This document shows positions 54,060 through 64,000 of a stretch of DNA of 64,000 bases, piece after piece. Each line of letters begins with the position of its first letter. Position 1 is the first letter of the stretch. A program made the position numbers and the translations under genes. Source of the DNA: Eledone cirrhosa (lineage: Eukaryota); contig OZ024743.1 of NCBI GenBank assembly GCA_964016885.1, positions 244,094,001 to 244,158,000 on the forward strand. Reading direction: 5' to 3'. Under the pieces are notes generated by a model. The model was not told the DNA's origin, ran no database searches, and was given only the letters and a program-made list of their open reading frames with translations.

Positions 54060-54215
54060 TACTATCTGGGAGGAGTATCACCAGGTTCCTAATTAGTTCG
54101 GCATAATTGTTCACATTTTCAATAATCTTTAAACATCTGCTAGTCAGCTGATTTCCACAACTGTGGATTCTTTCTTTTTTCCTGTCCCATATCATTATTC
54201 CTGACTTGTTATGTC
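54060..54215 (-). mobile_element. Old R4/Dong RLE fragment
   Basis: Minus translation about HNKSGIMIWDRKKKESTVVEIS, resembling [22 protein letters not shown]. Confidence 0.6.
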
Positions 54216-55655
54216 AACATTATATCTACAGAAGCCAGAAATGCCCTTCATACATACACAAATATGATTATACAACATTATGCAAATGCCATCAGTGTGA
54301 CAAAAGCAACGTGAATGTCATCAACAATTGGTTATGAATAACAGGAAATTGTAGCAAAACCTAACAAATGGTTTTGTTGATGTTGCCACTGATCTGGACA
54401 CAGCATAGCTGATGCTTAAGTAGTTGCTCCTGCGTTATTTACAATAGCTTAGGGTCAACCCATGCCTTGTGAGTAAAATTGGATAGGCGGGGGGAGCTGT
54501 TTGGAAGCCCGTCGGATGGGCTGTAACTGTAATTCAAAGGGCCGACTTGTCACACAATGTCTCGCTGTCTCCCAGAGAATTACACACTAATTTCATGAGA
54601 AGGCTGTTCCTTTGATTGAAAAACTGGAACACCCATTGGCGAAACCGACGGAAGTCCATTCATTCATTCCTATCACTGATAAGATTTTGTTGAGTTATTT
54701 CTTACATCTATTTTATTTCTAGTAAAGATTGTTAAAAGGCAGCAAATTAGCTGTCATCAGAGTGTCGGATAGAATGCTTTGCAGTATACCTTACGGCTCA
54801 ATGCATTCCGAGTTCAAGTTCCACCAAGGACTTGAATTCAGAGTGCATTGCATTTCATCCTTTCTAGGTCGACAAATAAAGTACCAGTTCGCTACTGGGA
54901 TCGTTTCTTCCTCTTTACTTTATTTCTCGCTTCTCTCTCGCCTGTACTTTATATAATTCTGAGGAAGAAATTGGTTTTGTTCAGAACTAAAAACATGAGC
55001 TCCGGTCGCCATGTTTAAAACACGTCGTGTGTCAGGACGGCGTCCCTACGACTTCATCAAAAGGTAAGGGTACTTTACTTAAAGCTTGTTGAAAAAACTT
55101 TTCTATGATAGAGCTGCCATGTTTGCTTCTATTAAGTGTCTATTACGGTCGCCCCATTTGTTACAATAAACAGACGTCATAGTGGCATTCCTTTGTCGTC
55201 TGCCGTTGAAAGTGGCGTTTGAATTGCTAGCTTTATCCCTGTTACATTACTGGTGTCATTGTTTTTCTAGCCTTTATTCTGACTGACAACGCTATTTTCT
55301 ACACTAATAGTGTGCAGGCTGGTCTCTCCTTACCTTTTTTTTTCTTTCTAACTCCCTCCTTTCATTTACCTTGTTGATTGGTTCCTTTTCTTTATACATT
55401 CTTTTTTCTTTTGACATTTGTTTTGATGTTGTTGTTGTTGTTGTTGTTGTTCTCCTCCTCCTCCTCGTCCTGGTCTTCTTCTTCTTCTTCTTCTTCTTCT
55501 CATTAACGTCCATTTTTGAGGTTTCCTTTTCCCGCAGATGCCTCTTGTAAATACTGTTCTTTTCTTTGGCTCAAACACATAGCTAAACATACATACACGC
55601 AAACAGAAACGCACATACATACATACATGCATGCATACATACATACATACATACA

Positions 55656-55687
<32 letters not shown>

Positions 55688-56109
55688 AACATACATATAT
55701 ATATATATATTTATATACATATATGTATATATATATACATACACAAATACATACATACATAGATACATACATAATACATACATTCATACATACATACATA
55801 CATACATACATACATACATACATACATACATACATACATACATACATCATACTTACATACATCATACTTACATACCAAAGCACACTTACATGTAGACTGT
55901 CGTACATACGAAAATTAGCTGTCTTCAACTGTCATGAGGTGTGTACACATACACACTAAACGCACAGCCACTGTTTGTCTCCCCTGTCCTCTCCTTCCTT
56001 TCTCTTTCTCGCTCCCTCACTTTTTCCCTCTCGTTCAAATACGGAAGTTTTAGTTCATTCATACATCATTTGATATCCATCTTCGCCCGCATTATAATCC
56101 TGATACCCT

Positions 56110-56270
<161 letters not shown>

Positions 56271-56981
56271 AATTATCAAATCGATAGAGTCTCATGTCTA
56301 TGTGCTGGGACTGATGCAATTCTTGCTGTTTATCAACGATTTACCGGATGAAACACGATTTTTTGCAATCTCACTTCTCAGGACACGCGTACCCTAGTAA
56401 TTGGGTTGTTGGACTTACGATCATAATGCTTTGGGTTCGATTATTGGATTGGGTGGTGCATTGTGTTCTTAAGGAACACACTTCATTTCACGTTGCTCCA
56501 TTACACTCAGGTGAAAATTAGTATCGGTAGTAACTGGGAGTTAAACTTGCGATAGACTGGCGCCATATCCAGGGGTGAGTCTTATAATTTCAGTCGCTTA
56601 ACGCCGAATAAACCGGGATAACACTAGCCTAATGAGCCTCCATGCTTAAGGCAGCATATAAGAACGTCACACAGTCATAACACTATATTTCTTCAATGAT
56701 TTAACTGACTTTGAGCAATCTTCCCACAACCACCACCACTACCACCACCACCATCACCACCACCACCACCACCACCACCACCACAGTGAAATTGCTGATC
56801 TACTTACTATTTTGATGTGTGGTGGCGGATCCTCCGTCGGTTTCAGCTGTTCGACTATCTGAACGCCCAACGCATGAATTAACGTGTAAGTGATTGGGTA
56901 TACAAAAACACATATCTTTAACGCAATTTCCAAGTTTCAAGTGTGATAAAACTGGAACTTTGAATTACAGATACAACCCAA

Positions 56982-57145
56982 CCGACGGGCTTTCATATAA
57001 TTACCCTCTGCCAAATGTTACTCACAAGGCTTGGGTCGAACCGAGGCTTTGGTGAAGACACATGCCCCAAATAACACGCAATTGGTCGAATCCGGGACTT
57101 CCTGTTTGCAAAGCGAACTTCTTAACAACTCAGCCATGCCGGCAT
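56982..57145 (-). mobile_element. tRNA-derived SINE, third family (GCCTTGTGAGT..AAGCCCGTCG tail)
   Basis: tRNA-like head on the minus strand; related tail at about 54450-54515(+) and head at about 18625-18700(+). Confidence 0.6.
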
Positions 57146-57312
57146 TCACTTTCCTGTTTAATGCTACTTTGAACGAGCCTTCTTGTCTGGATAGATTCCT
57201 AAGTAGTAAATTCCCACCCGAAACTCCTACATAGGATTTTTAGACCTAAAATTCATAACTAATTTAAAATGATGATACTGTAGCTGTTCCCAAACTGTGA
57301 GTCCTAGCACGA

Positions 57313-58750
57313 GATGTAATTAGGTGGCTACGACATGGTGCGCCGCGAAATATAATTAGGTGCAACACCAGATGTAATTAGGTGCGCCACCAGATATAAT
57401 TAGGTGCGCCACTAGATATAATTAGGTGCGCCACTAGATATAATTAGGTGCGCCACCAGATATAATTAGGTGCGCCGCCAGATGTAATTAGGTGCGCCAC
57501 TAGATATAATTAGGTGCGCCACTAGATATAATTAGGTGCCCCACTAGATATAATTAGGTGCCCCACTAGATATAATTAGGTGCCCCACTAGATATAATTA
57601 GGTGCGCCACCAGATATAATTAGGTGCGCCACCAGATATAATTAGGTGCCCCACTAGATATAATTAGGTTCGCCGCCATATGTAATTAGGTGCGCCACCA
57701 GATGTAATTAGGTGCGCCACCAGATATAATTAGGTGCGCCACCAGATGTAATTAGGTGCGCCACCAGATATAATTAGGTGCGTCACCAGATGTAATTAGA
57801 TGCGCCACAAGATATAATTAGGTGCGCCACCAGATATAATTAGGTGCCCACTAGATATAATTAGGTGCCCCACTAGATGTAATTAGGTGCGTCACCAGAT
57901 ATAATTAGGTGCCCCACTAGATGTAATTAGGTGCGCCACCAGATGTAATTAGATGCGCCACTAGATATAATTAGGTGCCCACTAGATATAATTAGGTGCG
58001 CCACGAGATGTAATTAGGTGCCCCACTAGATGTAATTAGGTGCGCCACCAGATGTAATTAGATGCGCCACAAGATATAATTAGGTGCCCACTAGATATAA
58101 TTAGGTGCGCCACGAGATGTAATTAGGTGCCCCACTAGATATAATTAGGTGCCCCACTAGATGTAATTAGGTGCGCCACGAGATGTAATTAGGTTCGCCG
58201 CGAGATGTAATTAGGTGCCCCACTAGATATAATTAGGTGCCCCACTAGATGTAATTAGGTGCGCCACTAGATATAATTAGGTGCGCCACCAGATGTAATT
58301 AGGTGCCCCACTAGATATAATTAGGTTCGCCGCCAGATGTAATTAGGTGCGTCGCAAGATATAATTAGGTGCGCCACCAGATATAATTAGGTGCGTCACC
58401 AGATGTAATTAGGTGCCCCACAAGATGTAATTAGGTGCGCCACCAGATATAATTAGGTGCGTCACCAGATATAATTAGGTGCGCCACAAGATATAATTAG
58501 GTGCGCCACAAGATATAATTAGGTGCGCCACCAGATATAATTAGGTGCCCCACTAGATATAATTAGGTGCGTCACCAGATATAATTAGGTGCGCCACCAG
58601 ATATAATTAGGTGCGCCACCAGATGTAATTAGATGCGTCACCAGATATAATTAGGTGCCCCACTAGATATAATTAGGTGCCCCACTAGATATAATTAGGT
58701 GCCCACTAGATATAATTAGGTGCCCCACTAGATGTAATAACGTGCGTCAC
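57313..58750. repeat. 22-bp tandem satellite, about 65 units, consensus GATRTAATTAGGTGCSCCACYA
   Basis: Direct reading; occasional 21-bp variants. Confidence 0.97.
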
Positions 58751-58861
58751 GAAAGGGCAAGGTTCTATTTCAAAATGTGAAAACTACAAATTTAAATTGG
58801 TAATAAAGTTCACCTATAACTGTGAAAGTGTGAAACAACTAAACTAAGAATGAAACATTGC

Positions 58862-59078
58862 TAGAACACACCATCAAATGACATGTTTCTCATAGAACAC
58901 ACCATCAACTGACATGTTTCTCATAGAACACACCATCAAATGACATGTTTCTCATAGAACACACCATCAAATGACATGTTTCTCATAGAACACACCATCA
59001 ACTGACATGTTTCTCATAGAACACACCATCAACTGACATGTTTCTCATAGAACACACCATCAACTGACATGTTTCTCA
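58862..59078. repeat. 31-bp minisatellite, 7 copies (TAGAACACACCATCAAMTGACATGTTTCTCA)
   Basis: Direct reading; 217 bp = 7 x 31. Confidence 0.97.
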
Positions 59079-59628
59079 TTGATAACTTTGCTTCATTTAT
59101 TGACCAAAGAAGAAAATACAAATAATTCTTTTTTCTATATTTTGAATTATCTATATTTCTATTTATGCTATGCCGATATGTATATGTGGAGGTACGTGGC
59201 CTGGTGGTAAGGGTGTTGGACTTACGATCATAATGTCGTGGGTTCGATTCCTAGGTTGCGTGTTGTCTTCTTGTGCAAAACACTTCATTTTACATTGTTC
59301 AAGTATAATCAGCTAAAAATGAGGTTTAACCCTACAAAGTTCCTAACATTTGAAACACTATTGCATCCACTCGCGGTCAATAATGAATGTTTATTCTATT
59401 TTATGTTTAATGTAAATGGATGTTAGTTTTAAAATACCAGATTTAAAAAATACATTGCTAAGGAGAGATATATGTTTCCACAAAGTTTCGTCTTGAACCT
59501 CCATATCGCATGATACCAAATCCAACATTTTAACTTTTAGCTGACGCCGCTCACACACCTCAATCATACACATATATGCGTGTACGCGTGTGTGGGTGTG
59601 TATGCATATATATATATATATATGTGTA

Positions 59629-59671
<43 letters not shown>

Positions 59672-59720
59672 ATATATACATATAATGTATGTAGTATGTA
59701 TGTATATATGTGTGTGTGTG

Positions 59721-59760
<40 letters not shown>

Positions 59761-60269
59761 GTATGTGAATTTGTTTATGTGTATATCTGTGGTGTATCGT
59801 TATGTAAATGTCAAGGTATTGCTACCATTTGTGCTCAAATGGATTCCGCCATCTTTTCATAACAGACCAGCTTAATGTCGGTATTTATGTTGAAAGCAAA
59901 TCAGATGAGTCTCCATGGAGAGAAAGGGCAAATTAACACCAATCTAAGGCAAGTCAACAAGCCAGACGTGTAACAAGCTCGTCTTTTGCTAGACGAGCAA
60001 TGAAAGCTGGCGCCATAGCAGATCGCCTCTGTTAACGTGTCTGTCTACTAGTATAATAATTGGTTGTTCCTTTAAGGAATTTTCTACACTTCTTCTTACT
60101 AGTAAGTAGACTAGCCTGTCATTTGACGATCGTCACTCACTACCGCGCATATCACCGCCTCGCAGTCTATATATAGTCTATCTGCCACTCATTTCTTCAT
60201 AAAATGTGAAGGCCTTGTACCCTTTGCCAACAGGTTTCACGAGCCCTGTGTGGCTAATAAAGAACTTTG

Positions 60270-60915
60270 TCAGTGAGAGCGTCTGACACCATGCTTCGCG
60301 GCGTAGAGTTAAGGTACTTCTGAGTACAAATCCCACCGAGGTTAGCTTTGCCTTTCATCCTTACGGAGTCGATAAAATAAAGTGCCAGTCATGCACTGGC
60401 ACCGATTTCATCGACTCCCCCAACCCACAAATTTGTTGGCCTTGTGCCTAAATCTTTGCCTGCAGTGCCTAGTAGTGCTATTATTTGTATGCTGTATATA
60501 TTTGTAAGTTCTGGAATTTTGGTTATGTGTGTTTGGACTGTGATTTTTTTATTATTCTCTGAGCAGCTCTTATTATAGATATCGTTTCTGTCGTAATCAT
60601 TCACTTCTCTGTATTCGGACAGCGCCCACGACTGTTTTAATGGCATTCGAAACTGATAAGAAGGAAGGAAGAAAGTATTCTTAAATCGGAGACCTAGTTC
60701 GAATGCTTACAATAGAATGAGCTTTGCCAAACACACCCAAGTGCCATGTGGTTGTGTTAAGCTGGGCAATGGTTGAGCTCTACTATCCAAGTAGGCCACA
60801 ATAAGATTAGAACTGAAAGCGCAAAGAGACAGAACAAATACCGCAATATACAAATCCACCATCCTAGACTGGTACTTTATTTTATCCAAAGGATGAAACG
60901 CAAAGGTTCTTCCAG

Positions 60916-60981
<66 letters not shown>

Positions 60982-61521
60982 AAAAAGAAATATAATGAAA
61001 GAACTGACTTTAGTACTGGATTGTTTCTCTATTTATCGACCTTGAAAGAATGAAGACAAAGTTGAACTCGGTGGGATTTGAACTCAGAAGCAAGAAGTAT
61101 TTTGTGCAACGCTCTAAATGTTAATTCTCCCTAATATCAATAAATCAAATGCCAGTAACTCTATACAGTTTTGTACATCATAAACTATTGAAAATATAAA
61201 AGTGAAGAAAGGATTACAACAGATGCCGCCTCACCACATTCAGTGTTGTATCCCGTCTTTCTTGACCAAATGAATAATTAAAATAATGATTTTCCTCATT
61301 CACTAGAGATTTGATTTTTACGAATAATTCAAAATGTCGTAACTCACTACATTAAGTATGCTTGTGTCCACTTAATCGTGCGTCATAAAATATGATTTTA
61401 TGACGTCAACAGTCACGCAAGTGACATGTGACATTCTAAGGTCACGTGAACTCTGACCTGTGGGATGCTATGGTCACGTGAACTGTGACATGAAACAACT
61501 CCAGGGAGGAGTGACATCAGT

Positions 61522-61559
<38 letters not shown>

Positions 61560-62835
61560 CGAGAGTCTATGGCTCCGTTAATTTATCTTGATATATACAT
61601 ATATATATATATGTGAGAAAGAGAGAGCAAGAAAGGAGAGAGAGAGAGATGGAAAGAGAGATGTTAGAATATATATAATATGATTGTGCGTATATAGCAC
61701 AAATGTATGTATATAATTATTTATTTGAACCATCAGCAAGGCACTAAAAATGAACGTGAGCAAGTTTTCATTTATACTGTTTTTTTACTTTTTCTATCTT
61801 TTTCTGTCGTTGTTTATCGTTACTCGTTTCATTATTGTTCTTCTTCGTGTTACTCTTACTGTCGGGGTTAGATTAGTATTCTTGTTCTTGTGGATTTGTA
61901 GAATCGTTAGAGCGTCAGACAAAATGCATTGCGGTATTTGTTCTTGCTGTTTACGTCCTGATTTCAAATCCTTCCGAGATCAACTTCGTCTGTCACTCCG
62001 GGTTCAATGAAATAAAGTATGAGGCAATTACTGCAGTCGATTTTATTAACTTTCTCCTCCCCGCGAAAATAGTTGGTCTCTCAGCCTAAATTAAAAACCA
62101 TTAATATTCTTGTTGTTATCGTTATTTAACTTCAGGTCCGTCCTGATCCAATAGAAGCATGATCAAAATGAGAAAGGTATCCTCAATTTAAAGACTTAAG
62201 TCGAAAGCTTGCAACCCAGTGTACTTCGCTAGTCACCAAAGAGTCCTCTGGATGGATTGAACTGTGACAGATTATTTGCCACCTAAGACATTTGAATTTA
62301 GAATGCAAAGAACCTGGCCAAACACCACTTCTTGTGCGATGCTATAACAAATCCGCTAACTCATCACCCTGGAGTGCTACATTATTTTATTATTCTAGAA
62401 ATGGAGAGGACAAAAGATGACTTCAGCGGGATTTGAACTCTAAGAGTAGAGAGCCGGAACAAATATTTCAAAGCATAATGACTCTCAGTTGGGCATTTTA
62501 TCTTTGTTACTTTAGTAATTACCCCCTTATTGCATTGTTAGTGATATCTTATTCTACGATACTATTTGTGTTGTTGACGTTAGTCTTATCAACAATTGCA
62601 TTATTGCCACTGTTGTTAGGGAAATGGATTGACAGAATCGTTAGAGCGCCGGACAATATGCTTTACGTCATTAAGTAACGGCTCTTTACATTCTGAGTTC
62701 AAATCCAGTGATATTCAGCTTTGCCATTTATCCTTCAGAAGTCGATGAAATAATATACCAGTCAAATACTAGGGTGATCTAGCCGATTTCCCATACACCA
62801 AATTGCTGGCCTTGTGTCTAAATTAGAAACCAATA
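60270..62835. mobile_element. Scattered older SINE copies (about 60270-60452+, 61010-61115-, 61890-62100+, 62380-62480-, 62620-62835+) and an RLE-LINE C-terminal fragment (about 60450-60560-)
   Basis: SINE consensus matches; peptide HITKIPELTNIYSIQIIALLGTA resembles RLE LINE C-termini. Confidence 0.65.
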
Positions 62836-63417
62836 TTGGTGTTTTTTGTAATCAGTTGTGAGCAATGATATTGTTACTGTTGTGTTTGTTGTTATTCTAT
62901 TTGCGACAACAATATAGTTACTGTTGTTATTATTGTTAATTATGCTGTAATTATTTCTCCAAATAACGTGCACACACATACATACATTTCCTCAAATTAG
63001 CTGACTAAACACATACTCTTTTACTCTTTTACCTGTTCATCCATCAGGCTGAGGCCATGCTGGGGCAACGCCCTCGCCATACACACTTTCCTTCCGTAAA
63101 ACATTTTTTTCTGTTTCTTCCCCTTCTTCCTCTTGTCTATCTTTCTATTTCTTCTTCTATTTCTCATTCTATCTTCTGATGAACGACTACGTCCGAACCA
63201 TTATCACTCTTTTCCTACCATATCAGGTGTGAATCTAATATTTATTTTCATTTTACTGTATCGTCCCCCTCCGTTGTTTTACCTCGTTGACTTACATTTA
63301 TATCTATATAAATATATATACACACACACACACACGCACACGCACACGCACACGCACACACACACACACACACGCACGCACGCGCGCGCGTATATTTATA
63401 TATATATATATATATAT

Positions 63418-63448
<31 letters not shown>

Positions 63449-63849
63449 AACTGAGTTCGAGGGTTATAAATTGAAGTAATGACTGTATTCCAGGCCATTC
63501 TCCCTTTTTCACATTTTGTAGAACAACAAAACAAGTAAATCCTGGATACAGTGAATTAATAATGATGTGATAACTACACTTCATTCTAGTGAAGTGTAGT
63601 TGATTAAAAAAATGTATTAATTTCTAACCCAAACACAAGGAATCTCATTTGCGCGTACTTCAATATTTTATCCTTTGGAAAGATGAAAAGCAAAGTTCAC
63701 ATTGGCCGGATTCGCAATCAGAACGATATTTTTTAACATTTTGTAATCCTGTTTTATTTTTTATAATAGATTCTGTTGTTAATTGTTTATTTCGCTTACA
63801 CCTGTCTGTTGCTTCAGTCTCATTTATATATATATATATCTTTTTTTAG

Positions 63850-64000
63850 GCTTCTTTGAAGATTTTCAGTAACCACTCAATTTTCAGTGATGAAATAGCT
63901 ATGATAGAAAACTCAAGTACGATTGAAGACTTAGCTCTGATTGAATACTCAGCTATGATTGAAGTCACAACTATGATTGAAGACTCGGATATGATTGAAT
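63850..64000 (+). CDS. Candidate host exon encoding a hexapeptide repeat (runs off the window)
   Basis: Follows CTTTTTTTAG acceptor; open frame ASLKIFSNHSIFSDEIAMIENSSTIEDLALIEYSAMIEVTTMIEDSDMIE; 18-nt periodicity. Confidence 0.4.

Noticed and set aside
55506-55590. Short unique segment with TTTTCCCGCAG acceptor between microsatellites
   Set aside because: No donor or convincing frame could be established on either strand
57313-59078. CRISPR-like array
   Set aside because: Units are contiguous tandem repeats with no unique spacers, no cas genes, and the context is eukaryotic

Overview
Eukaryotic, repeat-dominated DNA with no prokaryotic genes, CRISPR arrays, rRNA or true tRNA. The SINE families and microsatellite load resemble a cephalopod (Octopus-type) genome; this is inferred from repeat content only. 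Most of the window is retroelement-derived, and the elements sort by the microsatellite they sit in. (1) About 11 copies of three related L1/Tx1-clade LINE families (A, B and C, defined by 3' UTR) lie in (TCTA)n and form head-to-tail trains at 4.1-14.0 kb and 29.9-44.6 kb. (2) R4/Dong-type restriction-like-endonuclease LINEs of two families lie in (CATA)n at 18.9-22.6 kb and 47.9-53.1 kb. (3) Penelope-like and small hammerhead-ribozyme elements lie in (TA)n, with inverted and direct terminal duplications. Three hammerheads have intact cores, and one sits in a 466-bp retrozyme-like unit. Also present are many tRNA-derived SINEs, a non-autonomous Helitron, an internally deleted RTE, a mariner-like MITE, a 1.4-kb 22-bp satellite next to a hAT-like terminus and a 31-bp minisatellite. 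The most unusual signal is conserved spliceosomal motifs in the Tx1 families: a 67/69-nt intron-like segment in the 5' UTR, and an AG|GTRAGT donor overlapping the ORF1 stop whose use could fuse ORF1 to ORF2 in frame. Only two weak host-exon candidates were seen (about 55.0 kb and 63.85-64.0 kb). All alignments and folds were done by eye, so element boundaries are approximate.
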